This document shows, in pieces, positions 38,301 to 55,890 of a DNA stretch of 64,000 nucleotides. A model generated the notes under the pieces. That model searched no databases and had not been told where the DNA came from. It saw only the letters and a list, made by a program, of their open reading frames with translations. The stretch lies in assembly GCF_009914755.1 (NCBI RefSeq), contig NC_060947.1; one strand, given 5' to 3'. The DNA comes from the human T2T-CHM13v2.0 reference genome, Homo sapiens. Both the position numbers and the translations under genes were made by a program. Positions within the stretch are counted from its first letter, which is position 1. The number at the start of each line of letters is the position of its first letter.

Positions 38301-38882
38301 CCATCTCCCACTGCCCAGGATGCTGGATGGGAGGTGAGTGCAACGGGCCTGTGGGGTTGTCAGTTGGCGGAAGAAATCTGTAGATCCAGGGAGAGAATCG
38401 AGCCACATGTGTGGATTTGGAAATGACAGTGTATGGCTGCACAGCACGAAGGGGATGAAGTCACAGACACCTGGATTTAAATCGAGACTCCACCATTTAT
38501 TTCTTGTACGACTTTGGGGAGGTTACTTAATCTCTTTGTGGCTCAGTTACTTCATTTGTAAAATGAAATGATAATATTCTGGGAGAATGGTTCATGTTTC
38601 CTTCCTTCATAAACTGCTGTTCACGAGGCGGCTTCTTCCAGGGTTAAAAAGGAATCTACTATCCATGTATCTGCTAGGACAGACATTGTTGCGTGTCACT
38701 TGACTCCTGAAATACGCCACGGTAAAGAAATCTCTGTACACTTTCGTGTTCTGGGAAGTCACTGACCACACAGGACCAATTATTCTCCATGAGACTTAGA
38801 TAAGGGATGCTGTCTGCCCACTCTGTGCCGTGACTCCCAGATGGCAGACACCACCAGTCCTTGTTCTTTTGTCTCATGAATG

Positions 38883-39405
38883 TGTTGTAACCAAGCGAGT
38901 TATAGAGAAACGCCACACTTTTGAGACAAATTAAGGGGACCTTTATTAGCTGGCGACCTACAGGCAGCTAACGCTCAAAATTCTCTCGGCCCCAAGGAAG
39001 GGGCTAGTTTTGTTTTTATACCGTGGTCTAAACAGGGGAGGGGGGAGTTTAGCTGAAGCAATTTTACAGAAGCAGAATAGGCAAAAAGTTAAAAAAAAAT
39101 TAATTGGTTATAGAAGCAGTTACAAAAAATAAACAGTTCCAGGTGCAGGGGCTTAAACTATGATTAAGAGATAAATGCAGGGGCTTTTAGGTACCTTCCA
39201 CCGAGCACATTCCCGAGCTGTTGGTACAGCCTGCCTCAATATCTTACCAGCAGGTGTATTCTTGGATGTGCTTGGACTCAGCTTGCACTAGTTATTCCCT
39301 TAAGGGGGATAAAGGGGGCTGCAAGTGAAGAAACTAAAATGGAGTCTGTCCGGCTCTCTCTGCTAGGAAAGAGTCACTCAGGTTAAAACAAGGTAGGGTA
39401 TCACA
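38883..39405 (-). mobile_element. Intact solo LTR, LTR6-like (ERV1)
   Basis: The - strand begins TGTGATACCCTACCTTGTTTTAACCTGA and ends GGTTACAACA. 4-bp TSD AATG at 38879-38882 and 39406-39409. Confidence 0.8.
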
Positions 39406-39749
39406 AATGATTCACTTAGACGGGAAGTCTGTCCTCCTAAAAGTAGCTAGGCACAGAGAGAAACATTCCCTGTTCAGCTGGCTGAGACTTCCGCTGATTA
39501 AAAAAAAAACAAAAAACCCTGCCCCATAAATCTCCCCACTGAAACCGGTGTACTCCTTCCTATGAAAGTAAAAGACACCCCCGCCCCGCCCCGGTTACCC
39601 CAACAGTGTGATTTCCACTTCTGGGGCGCTCTCCCTAAGGCAGTAGCCTGAATAATTTCAATGTATTGGATTGTTTGGTTTCTGTCTTTACCAAGGTGCA
39701 TTTATCATTCATGCAAAAACAGTAAAAAAAAAAAAAAAAAAAAAAATGA

Positions 39750-40700
39750 AACAGCACGTGTCGGTTCTCAGCGGCGCGCCCTAGCTCAAAACTCCAGCCA
39801 ATCACAGGAGAAGTCGGCCGCCTCCCAACCCTCCAGCCCAGTTCCCACGTCCCTCGCCCGGGAAGTCACGTCCGCTACAGGGAGTGTCTTCCCATGGCCT
39901 CCGGAAGCATTCGGCAGTCCACAAGCCACGCTTCAGAGAAGCCGCTCCGGGAACGCCGCGGCGCACCTCCGGAAGGGATGACCTCCACGCCTTCTCCCCT
40001 CGCAGTCCACCCGAGCGGCGTGGGTCGCGAGAAGCCACCCAACCGCTCCGTCTTCCGGCTCCGGCGGTCCGCGGCAGCCAATCAAAGGTTCAGTTTCTCA
40101 GCGGCGTCGCATCCCTGTGACGTGAGCACATCCTCGCCGGCGCCCCCTTCCGCGCTGCGGCGCCTCTAGCCCGCCGGAGGGCGGCTCCTCTCGATGGTCT
40201 TAACCCTTCAATTACGAGCGGGCGGCGCTGCGTTTCCAGGGCAGAGGAAACGAGGCGCCGCGTTGGCGCTTGGACGGCGGGAACCGGCTCCGGAGCGAGA
40301 ACGCGCGTGAGAGAGCCCGAGAGAGACGGAGAGCGAGCGAGCGCGCGGGAGAGACTGAGAGCGGGGGGTGGGAGAGAGACTTCCAGAGAGACAGAGCGAG
40401 AGGCCGAGACGGAGGCTGTCCCTAGCACAGGCCAGGGTGTCTTGGGACTCGAATCCCTGGGTTGGGCTGGCCGGGAGTGGGGCTTTCGAAGGAAGCGGGT
40501 GATTTTCCACGTCGTCCATATCTCCCCGGTGTGGGAATGGCGGTCGTGCACTCTGGGGGTGGCGTTGTTCTCGTTCCCTACTTGGGGGTGGCCTTTTTCA
40601 GCGGAGAAAGAGGATGCCGCGGGCATTGGTAGCCGGCGGGACTACACTTGGGCTAGGATCAGTGTTCAGCGGGTTCAGAAATCACCGTGTCCTTGGCATC
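39750..40700 (+). promoter_or_regulatory. FAM156B: CpG-island promoter, most likely of FAM156B
   Basis: Very high CpG/GC. CCAAT boxes at ~39798 and ~40078, ETS CCGGAAG at 39901 and 39969, TGACGT at ~40117, TCGCGAGA at ~40025, GA-rich tract 40305-40410. Confidence 0.8.
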
Positions 40701-41949
40701 ACCTCCCTCCCCACCTCCTCTCCCATCGCACAGCAGGAGACAGTGACTGGAGGGTTTTCAAGGAGGACTGCATTGCCCCTATTGAAACAAACCGTCCGAC
40801 AAACCCTTTCTCCGACGTGTGACAGAGGGACGGTCGTAATGTGAAATACGACTAGACATGCGTTTAATGGGCGGTGTGATTGCTGCATTCGTGCGCAATG
40901 AATGGTCCAGGCCATTTGTGTCCAGTAGCCGCACAAGCTGCAGGGTCTCATGTTTAGAGAGGGAGGGCCTCTCCGCCGTCCACCTTGCTGGAGTACAGGC
41001 GACCCTGGGCGGTAGCCCTCTCCGCCATCAGAAATGTGGTGCTCTGAGTAGCCACAGATTCCCATCTGCATCTCCAATACCATTTCCCTCTACTCACTGA
41101 CCCGTTGGGTGCGTTGGATTTGTGCGTGGGTGTGAGGGTAGTTTGGTGTGTTTGCTTGCAAATGGAAAAGCGAATGGCCTTGGTTGGCTGAGCTTATCAG
41201 GGCACTAGCAGTGGAGAGAGAAAGGACTACTGTATTCTTAGGAGCAGAATCTCAACAACTTCCTATAAAACGGGCAGTGTGTCTTACCTGGAATGCTTTG
41301 GCATTTAATAAAATGTCCTGTGAATACTTTTCATAGGGAAGCACTTTGTTTTTACTGTTTCTGGTTGGACAGTGGTTACATTTCAAATCGTAGTTCAGAA
41401 TTCGTGAAATACCCAAATTAAATCTCTACGTGGCAGTAATCCATTTTCTTTCCTTGGTGTGTGGTTGGAAGATTAATTTGAGATAAGTGTTCAGTTCTGG
41501 GCTGGGCAGTCGTGCCGGGCACGGGAAATTCAGGTTCTTTAAGGGAAAGGCCTGATGTGCTAAGACGAAATCTATACCGTGTGTAGCCGCTTATGAGAAT
41601 ATGAAACTAAGGAGAGCCACAGGTAAGTATACGTCTATGAATGCGAATTAAAACGGGTGACAATATAAAGAGAGATTGGTGTCACAAATGGTGGAGTGAC
41701 TTTTGTATTTCAGCAGACCTCAGTGAGAAATGGTCACCACCACTCCCTAGATGTGTGACCTTGAGTGAGTTGCTTAACCTCTCTGATCCTGTTACCTCAT
41801 CTGCAACTGGGGATGAGAATATATATCATAGCATGCCCTGGGAGAAGCTGTTCCTGACCACCTGGGCTATGGTGATTTTGACTTCCTCTGTGTCAGAAGT
41901 ACCCCCGTCTCATGCCTGCCATAGTTGTCTTTTTGTTTTGTTTTGTGAT

Positions 41950-42212
41950 TTCAGATGGACTCACCCTGTCACCCAGGTTGGACTGCACTGGCCTCAACCT
42001 CCTGAGTTCAAGTGATCGTCCCACCTCAGCCTCCCCAGTAGCTGGGACCATAGCTGTGCAGCATCATGCCTGGCTAATTTTTTAAGTTTTTTGTTGAGAT
42101 GGTGGTCTCGCCCTGTTGCTCAGGCTGGCCTCAAACTCCTGGGCTGAAGCAGTCCTCCCACCTCAGCCTCCCAAAGTGCTTGGATTAGAGGCGTGAGCCA
42201 CCATTCCTGGCT
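41950..42212 (-). mobile_element. AluJ-like, internally deleted
   Basis: Antisense Alu blocks. Confidence 0.8.
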
Positions 42213-42363
42213 CCTTGGACAATATTTTATTCCTCAGATTAAGACACGTCCTTGGGATGGGGCTGCATTGGATAATTCACCGAAGGCACCGCTGAATGGA
42301 GTGGGCCCTCAGTAAATACCTGGAGGAATGTGACCTGGCCAGTGAGGTTATTTTCTTTTGTAG

Positions 42364-42437
42364 GTGAAAGGTGTAGCAGTCACTCGGCCTACACCCACAG
42401 CATCGACCTTGTGAACCCAGCGACCTGACTGCCTTGG
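42364..42437 (+). other. FAM156B: Candidate FAM156B 5'UTR exon
   Basis: Acceptor ttttcttttgtag and donor GG|gtgagt. Predicted from splice signals only. Confidence 0.5.
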
Positions 42438-42957
42438 GTGAGTCTAGGCAAGCTCCATTCTCGCCAGAGCGGACTTGCTCCTTGTCTTCCTCTTGCTGCT
42501 CTGGCCACTCTTCTTGGTCCCTCCCCTGTTCCCTCCCCGGACTCCCGGTTGTACTCCCGCTGCTTTTCTGTGTACTCACCTGCTGGGAGACCCCTGATGC
42601 CAGCACCACGCTTCACTGCTGTCTTCATTTTCTTCTTTCTTTCTTGAAAGTGGGCATTGCTGGCTTTACTGACTACCTGTTCTTTTGTTACAAAGCTGCT
42701 AAAAATTGTATCTCTTCCGCTCCAGACCCAGTAGGATAGAGATGATCTGTGTAGGCATCAAAAATGTAGAACATCTGCAAGTCATGTGTAGGACAGACTC
42801 TTTCCTCAATCTGTGTGGCGTTGCGTGGCTAGGAGTTAGATTCCTTTGCCATGACATGGCACAAGACTAGGAGCACGGTTTTCAGCACCCAGAGAACTTG
42901 CACAGACCTTAGACATTTTGCTGTAGGATTTTGCCACTTCTAGAAAAAAGTCCATGT

Positions 42958-43291
<334 letters not shown>

Positions 43292-43463
43292 TTAAACTGA
43301 AATAAATGCATTTTATTATCTCATATTATTGTGGAAGATTGAAAAAAGCATCACATGGGACTGGCTTAATTTTGAAAAGAAACACAAAGCTCTTCCTGGC
43401 GCTCATCTGCAGGGTGTAGTCTGGATTCACTTGCTTAGCTGTTCTCTTTCTCCTTCCGCACAG

Positions 43464-43556
43464 GAGAATTGAAGCGAATGAGAGTGGGGAGTGTGAGAGG
43501 TGCGTTTGGTGCAGCATTTCTGGCATGGGAACAGAACTGGCCAGGAGGAAGTGACG
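43464..43556 (+). other. FAM156B: Candidate FAM156B 5'UTR exon
   Basis: Polypyrimidine tract plus cacag acceptor and donor CG|gtaagg. Predicted from splice signals only. Confidence 0.5.
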
Positions 43557-44791
43557 GTAAGGATTCGCAGCATTGCACCCGATCCCCGGGCAGCTGTGGA
43601 CATGCGGGTCAGCCCCTAGGACTCTGCTGTCTGAACTCTTCCCTCAGGATTACTTTCTCGCTTAGGTATCAGGGGAGGCTGAACACCCAGAGAGGCAATG
43701 CCACCAGGGGTGTGTTCATCTGCAGTCAGGGAGACCTGGGAGGGAATTCTGTCCCTGAGTGGTTGTGTGATCTGAGGGAAGTTACTTGACCTCTCCATGC
43801 AGGAATTTCTGCCTTTGCAACGTGGGAAAATATGGATTCTGCAGGGTTGACTTGACATTCTCAGTGAGATGTTTATCACGGGCCCCACATCCTTCTTGTT
43901 TCATTTGATAGATATTTGTGAATGTCCACTGGGCTCAAGGCTCTGTGATGGGTGAACAAGACAAAGTCCCTGGCCTCTGTCAGCTCCTGGGCTAGTGGGT
44001 TGACAGAGAAATAACCATCTGTTGACAGCTGAGTGGGATTGGGGCTGGGACAGGGGAAATACAGGGCGTTTTAGGAGCTTGGAGAAGGCTTCCTGGGAGA
44101 AGTGCTATCTCAGCTGAGTCATGCAGGGTGAATGAGAGGTGAAAGTCTTGCCAAGGGCCATGGCAGTCCCAAACTACAGGCACCCATCACTATACCCGGC
44201 TAATTTTTATTTTTAGTAGAGATGGGGTTTCACCCCGGTGGCCAGGCTGCTCTCGAACTGCTGACCTCAAGTGATCCACCCGCCTCAGCCTCCCGAAGCA
44301 GGGATTACAGGCGTGAGCCACTGTGCCCAGCGTGATTGTAAATGTTAATCATGTCCACAAATACCTTCCCAGCAACAACTAGAGTAGCATTTGACCAAAA
44401 GGGACCAGGCACCAAGCCTGGCCGAGTTGACCGATAAAACCATCACAGTGAGGGATTGGTACCCAGAGACATCACCTCTCATGCTGAAGGTCTGACCGGT
44501 AAACTGTCTGGGTTCCCTGTCTCCAGTAGTCCTTCTCTCTCTTCGGTAGCTGCATGACATGATGCAGGAAACTTGAGGCTGTGGTGTTTCATGCAGAGAT
44601 TTTTGATACAAGGTCTTTTACCTGGGGGCAAGTGCCTGTTGAAGAAATGACATTGGTGAGATGATGAAGGAAGGGAAGTCACATGTATTGCTGCAGCTGC
44701 TCCCCTCCGCACACACAACGGACTTCTCTAGGCCTCACTGTCCTTAATGCCTCTGTCAGGGATCATGAGCAACTCCATGGGTGTGGTTTGA

Positions 44792-45253
<462 letters not shown>

Positions 45254-45281
45254 TCACATTTCTTCTCATAAAAGTGTTTCT

Positions 45282-45585
45282 GGCTGGGAACAGTGGCTCA
45301 CGCCTATAATCCCAGCACTCTGGGAGGCTGAGGCATGCAGATCATGTGGAGCTCAGGAGTTCCAGACCAGCCTAGGCAACATGGCAAAACCCCGTCTCTA
45401 CAAAAAATACAAAAATTAGCCGGGCATGGTGGCTCACGCCTGTAGTGCAAGCTGCTCAGGCGTCTGAGACTGGAGGATCCCTTGAGCCCAGGAAGCAGAG
45501 GTTTCAATGAGCCGAGGTTTTGCCACTGCACACCAGACTAGGTAACAGAGCGAGTCCCTGCCTCAAACAAACAAACAAAACAGCA
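45282..45585 (+). mobile_element. AluJ-like
   Basis: Full dimer with (CAAA)n tail. Confidence 0.88.
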
Positions 45586-46179
45586 AAAGAAACGTGGGGG
45601 GTGGGGGTCGTAAGGTCTTTTCTCTCTCTGAGAATTGGCTTTCTACATGTAGAAATAGATCCTGAGAGAGTCCTTGTGACACATGAGAATTGGCTGGGAG
45701 ATAATTGGGTTAAGATCATTTTCCAAACGTTTCACACATTAACTGTTTGTGTCAGATAGTGGTGGCCCAAAGGATGTCAGGGAACTAACTCGTAGGAAAG
45801 ATAGATTGCAATTTCTGAAAAGTTAAGAACTCTTTCTGGGATGTGTGTGTGTGTGTGTTTATATATGTTTGTGTTCAGTACATATTCAAACTGTTCCTGT
45901 TACGGTTCTGTCTTTCTTGCCCCAGTGTGGGCTGATAGCCACGATTTGGTGAATAAACATTCAGAGGACCAGTATCCTCTGAAGAAAACTAGTGAATTCT
46001 TGGTTTCCACGTTTGTCAAAAGAATAGAGCCTGGGAGGCTGATCTAAAGTTTCCATTTAGCATTTAATGTCAATTTTTGGTTGCACTCATCCAAGATGTA
46101 TTTATCAAAACAGTACAGAGAGATACCCTTATCGCAAAATATGCCGTTGGGTTTTTCCACTTAACCTACAGCAAGATTG

Positions 46180-49440
<3,261 letters not shown>

Positions 49441-50111
49441 AGTCTCCTGGGGGTTTATGCTTCTGTTGTTTAGCAAAATAAATTCTTATCCACACTAGGA
49501 ATTTGGAAACGATTTCCATAGGCATGAGCAGCCTTTTCGACTAGATGCAAACCCAGTGGTCAGGAAGGCGAACATACAAAAGGGTGTGTCCCCATGGTGC
49601 AAACGCTTACAGTTGAGTAAAAGTCTCCCTTGTGAGTGGATGAAAATGAACGCTCATGGGCAGAGCACCTGTGAGTCACACATTGATTATTCTACAAATG
49701 ATGCTTGGGAAGGGGTTGGAAAATGTCAGCAGAGAATTGACATCGTCGAACTGCATTGCATCCTTTTGCACCCCGTGTCACGTGGATGCATTAATTGGTA
49801 TCATTTGTAAATCCTTTATTAGATGGCATTAATATTCTAAGCTGGTGAGATGTATGATCTCACGTCATCCTCAGAAGAAGCCTAGGACAGGGTCTCTCTA
49901 TAATCCCCATTCTACACACAGGAAGTGGAGGGACAGAGAGGTTGAGTAAGATGAATAATTCTGTGTTTTCTTGTCTTATCACCTTGCGTTGCAGTCTGGG
50001 TTCTGCCCGCACACATTCCTCGCCACCTTCTTGGTGTCTGAGAACCTCCAGCTTCACCTCCTTTTCTGGACCCGAGGGCCTGGCGGAGCTTCCAGCTGGG
50101 ACCAGACCTCC

Positions 50112-50753
50112 ATGGATCCACTCCAGAAACGGAATCCAGCATCGCCTTCCAAATCTTCCCCGATGACAGCTGCAGAGACTTCCCAGGAAGGTCCAGCGCC
50201 CTCTCAGCCTTCGTACTCAGAACAGCCGATGATGGGCCTCAGTAACCTGAGCCCCGGTCCTGGCCCCAGCCAGGCCGTGCCTCTCCCAGAGGGGCTGCTC
50301 CGCCAGCGGTACAGAGAGGAGAAGACCCTGGAAGAGCGGCGGTGGGAGAGGCTGGAGTTCCTTCAGAGGAAGAAAGCATTCCTGCGGCATGTGAGGAGGA
50401 GACACCGCGATCACATGGCCCCCTATGCTGTTGGGAGGGAAGCCAGAATCTCCCCATTAGGTGACAGAAGTCAGAATCGATTCCGATGTGAATGTCGATA
50501 CTGCCAGAGCCACAGGCCGAATCTTTCTGGGATCCCTGGGGAGAGTAACAGGGCCCCACATCCCTCCTCCTGGGAGACGCTGGTGCAGGGCCTCAGTGGC
50601 TTGACTCTCAGCCTAGGCACCAACCAGCCCGGGCCTCTGCCTGAAGCGGCACTCCAGCCACAGGAGACAGAGGAGAAGCGCCAGCGAGAGAGGCAGCAGG
50701 AGAGCAAAATAATGTTTCAGAGGCTGCTCAAGCAGTGGTTAGAGGAAAACTGA
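50112..50753 (+). CDS. FAM156B: FAM156 family protein (alias TMEM29), 213 aa, single coding exon
   Basis: MDPLQKRNPASPSKSS...QRLLKQWLEEN recognised. Splice acceptor ttgcag at 49994. B rather than its near-identical paralogue FAM156A is inferred only from the position and orientation relative to XAGE3. Confidence 0.9.
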   Translation: MDPLQKRNPASPSKSSPMTAAETSQEGPAPSQPSYSEQPMMGLSNLSPGPGPSQAVPLPEGLLRQRYREEKTLEERRWERLEFLQRKKAFLRHVRRRHRDHMAPYAVGREARISPLGDRSQNRFRCECRYCQSHRPNLSGIPGESNRAPHPSSWETLVQGLSGLTLSLGTNQPGPLPEAALQPQETEEKRQRERQQESKIMFQRLLKQWLEEN

Positions 50754-51421
50754 GACGTGCACCCCCATGGGATGGAGACCCGAAGGGACTCAGACGGAGC
50801 CGCCGTGTTGGCAGCGCCTGGGTGTGGGCCCATTTTGGGGACCAAACAGCAAGCTGTGGTCGGATGAGTGCCAGGACCTGTGTACCGGGACACGTGGGAG
50901 TCCTCCCAGCATGATGCTTGACTGACCCGAGGAAGGTCCTCATGTTTCGTGCCTGTCATTCTCGGATGGCTGTGAGGCATTCCTTGGCAAGGGACGCTGC
51001 GTACCAGCGGTCCTCACCGCATCTCACATGGCTCCTGTGATGCATGTTGTCGCTTTCCCACCCGGGATCTCCATCTCTCTTCCCTTCCTGCTGTCAGTAA
51101 GAGATCACATGTCTGTGTAGTGTGAATGCCTTGTCGCTGTCCTGTGCTTTTGCACCATTGAGTTGACTGCCTCTGAGAAGCAGCACTAGGCCTGTTGAAA
51201 TGCAATGTGCTGCCCTGAGATCCAGTTTCAAGAATGGGCAGGTAAACGCAGTGTGGGAAAGGAATGTGGAATGAGAACTTGGTGGTTCACCGCTGTACTA
51301 TTTGTGTAAATGTTTACGTATGTGATAAGCTACATGTATGTAAATGTTGCAATACCCCTAACAGTCGAGTAGTAGTCTCCCTTACAGGAATTTTTGACGG
51401 GGTTCCTCATCATCAATACCA

Positions 51422-51427
51422 AATAAA
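51422..51427 (+). terminator. FAM156B: FAM156B polyadenylation signal AATAAA
   Basis: First AATAAA I found after the stop (~670-nt 3'UTR), followed by GT-rich sequence. Confidence 0.75.
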
Positions 51428-53004
51428 TATATGTAGGAATGGAAAATGGGTGTAGAATTCAGGTTTGTTCCTCAGTATTGGTTTGTTTCTCATTAGATCT
51501 GAGCTGGTTACCTTGAAATCTCCCAGCAGGGGATCCGGGTTTATTGAGGGAAGCTCTGTGCTGTGGAGACTGGGAACGGGGGAGGGAGGGCACCAGAGAA
51601 CACAGCCCAGTCACTGTTTGAGCCCTGCAGCGGGACCAGCATCGAGACCAGCGAGGCAGGGCCATGGCTTTGAAGAGAGGCTTCCTGTGCACAGGAGACG
51701 TGGAAGCAGAGTCCGCCGCCCACGGTGAGAGCCCTGCGTGTTGGTGCTGGTGCCCTGGCTTAGGGGCTGCGGCGCCATTGCTTGTTGTGTGGTGGGCCCG
51801 GGTGGGTGAAACTGAGCAGCAGTTTGCACCTGCTTTGTGAGAACCAGAGCATCCTTGGGTTCTTCCAACATCTTATTGGGATTTAGACATGTGTGTCTTT
51901 TAATTTCAGGAGGCACAAATGACTAAATCTACCTTTTTTTTTAACCTCTGCAGAATCCTGAGATGTGAACCCAGCCAGTACCCATGTGACTCCTCTGAAC
52001 TGAAAACAAATTCTGCTTTGTGTCAGTCTGTTTTAGGTAGTCCCCAGAGCTGTCTTGCTGCAAAAGTCTACACATCTCCTGCCGACAGAAGTGGCTTGAA
52101 AACAGGTAAGTGTCTTGGATTCTGATGCTGAGATCTCATGAGAGAGTCGACAGTTGAACTGACCTAGCTCCAGGGGAGAAGGGAAAAAAAAGCAGGGCTA
52201 TTCCTTCTTGAAACACAAAGGCCTAAATGGAGACCAGTGAATCCGGGAGGGTTTCAAAGGGGTTCGAGGCGTTGCCCTTTGGCTGATGTTTCCTAGGGTT
52301 CTGATGGTATTTTCCCCATTTCCATATGTCAGCTGCCTTCCTCCACTCCCACACACCCATCCTCTAGCAACATTTTCAGTTCCGCTTTATGAATTTCGAA
52401 AGCAGAACACCAGAGAAGTTAGGGAACTAGCCCACGGTGGCACAGGCAGTAAGAGGTAGAACTAGCACCCGAACCTAGGTAGGCTGGGATCGGAGCTGGC
52501 CCCCCTTCAGCAGTTCACCTCTGTGAAGGCTGTGGGTGAAGTGCCTAGAGCCGGGCTTTGGTGCTCATTTCATAGCTGGTAGCACCAAGTCTTGGTGAGA
52601 TCCATTGCTGAATCCTCCACACAGTGCCGTGGGCCAGGTACAACCATCCCCACCTTGTGGAGAGTTTGTGCAGGTCCTAAAGTGGTGGCCAGAGATGCAT
52701 GCCTTTGTCTCACTCCCCAACCACTCAGATGCTCTCTGCGGACCTTCTCAGTCAGCGCAGCAAGCACACCAGGTCCATGCTGCCAGTGACAGTCATCATT
52801 TCAGCAATCATCAGGGTTTCCATTTTCTCACCTTGCCTGTCTCCCTTCTGGGCTACGTCGACTGTCGTGGTGGGGAGGTGAGGAGGAGTTGCAGAGGTAG
52901 CCCCGCTCCGGGGGATTGAGCGATTCATCAGGGAGAGAGATCCGACCCCATCTTAGTCTGTGTCCTTCCACTATATCATGAAATACAACAGGTTGGGTGC
53001 TCTG

Positions 53005-54125
53005 GACTGGATATGGTGTGTTTATCCCCACCAAGAGTCAGGTTGAAGTTGAATCCTCAGTGCTGCAGTGTTGGGAGGTGGGTCCTAGTGGGAGGTGTTT
53101 GGGTCGTGGTGGGGATCCCTCATGAATGAGTCAGTGTCCTGTGATGCCATCCTGCTGGGCTGAGTTCTTACTCTCACAGGTATGGATTAGTTCGCAGGAG
53201 AGTGGATTGTTCACAAGATTCTGGCCTCCCTCGATTCTCTCTCCCTTCCTTCTTTCCATGTGATCTCGTTGCACACGCCGGCTCCCCTTCCACTTTCCAC
53301 CATGAGTTGAAGCAGCCCGAGGCCCTCACCAGATGCAGTTGCCCAAAAATGAATGTTTCAGCCACCAGAATTGTGAGCCAGATAGACCAACTTTTTCTTT
53401 TTAAAAGATTTATTTATTTTAATTTTTTTTAAGAGACCGGGTGATGCTCTGTTGCCGACGAGAGTGGAGTGGCATGATCATGGCTCACTACAGCCTTGAA
53501 CTCAGGTGGGATCCTCCCACCTGAGCTTCCCAAGTAGCTCAAGGATGTACTGCCATGCCAGGCTGATTTTTAAATGTTTTGTAGAGATAGCGTCTGGCCG
53601 TGTTGCCCAGGCAGATCTCGAACTTCAGGCCTGAAGGTGTTCCTCCTACCTTGGCCTCCCAGAATGCTGGGATTAACAGGCATGAGCCACCGTGCCTGGC
53701 CTCCCATTTTCTTTAGAAATTACTGAGTCTCAGGTATTCTGTTATAGCAAAGCAAAATGGACCAAGACAGCTGGCAATTTGTAATGGAAACAAATTTATT
53801 TCTCGCGACCCTGGATGCTGAGAAGTCCAAAACAAAGGTACCAGTATCTGGTATCTGGCAAGAGTCTTCCTGGTATTTCCTCACGTGGCAAAAGGTGGAA
53901 GGACAAGCCGGGGAGAATGTTATGTCCTCACATAGCAGAAGAGGAAAAGAGAGAGCAAACCCACTTCTGCAAGCTCTTTTCATAGCAGCATTCATTCACT
54001 CACGAGGGCTCTGCCGTGATGGCCTAAACACCTGCTGTTATTCCACACCTCCCAACACTGTTGCAGTGGGGATTCATTTCACTGTGAGTTTTGGAGGGAA
54101 CACAAATATTGAAATGCTAGCAGAT
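53005..54125. mobile_element. Two MaLR LTRs (MST/MLT1A-like; + then -) with an Alu(-) at ~53400-53702
   Basis: gtgttgggaggtggg..gtgggaggtgtttgggtc; agtctcaggtattctgttatagca; tttatttctc..ctggatgctgagaagtccaa. Confidence 0.75.
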
Positions 54126-54589
54126 ACGCATCGTTGTGTCAGAGAACAGGTGGTTGATCCCATGTGGTCCCAGTCTCAGGAGATGAAAGGAGTGAGAAGG
54201 ATCTCAGTTGGAAAAAGCAGGCATCAGGGGCTTGCTCAGGGAGGTCACAGATGCACAGTGCCACAGGGTCTCCAGGAACAGACATGGAAGGTGGGTGGGT
54301 GGAGGTAACTGAGGCACTCGGCACACCCTCCACATCCTCACCTCCAGGTCTTTGTCCCTGTACCTGTGTATGGGGGGTGGATGGGACTTGGGGGTCATGT
54401 CTGAGACACCATACTATCCCAAGTTACAGACTAGGATCTGCAGTCCTGTGATGTCCACAGGTGTCCAGCATGCGACATTCTAGAGTAGAGACCAAACCAA
54501 AGGCACCAGCAGGCGAGAGAGGATTGGGACAGAGAAAGGTGCAAATGCAGTGATCACATGGGACATCTGAGTAGACCCGGAGAATGTAA

Positions 54590-55890
<1,301 letters not shown>

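Noticed and set aside
39661-41100. Many ORFs on both strands in the CpG island
   Set aside because: Expected from stop-codon scarcity at high GC.
49971-50111. 47-aa N-terminal extension of FAM156B in the ORF track
   Set aside because: It starts at a non-ATG codon upstream of the splice acceptor at 49994. The first ATG of the frame is 50112.
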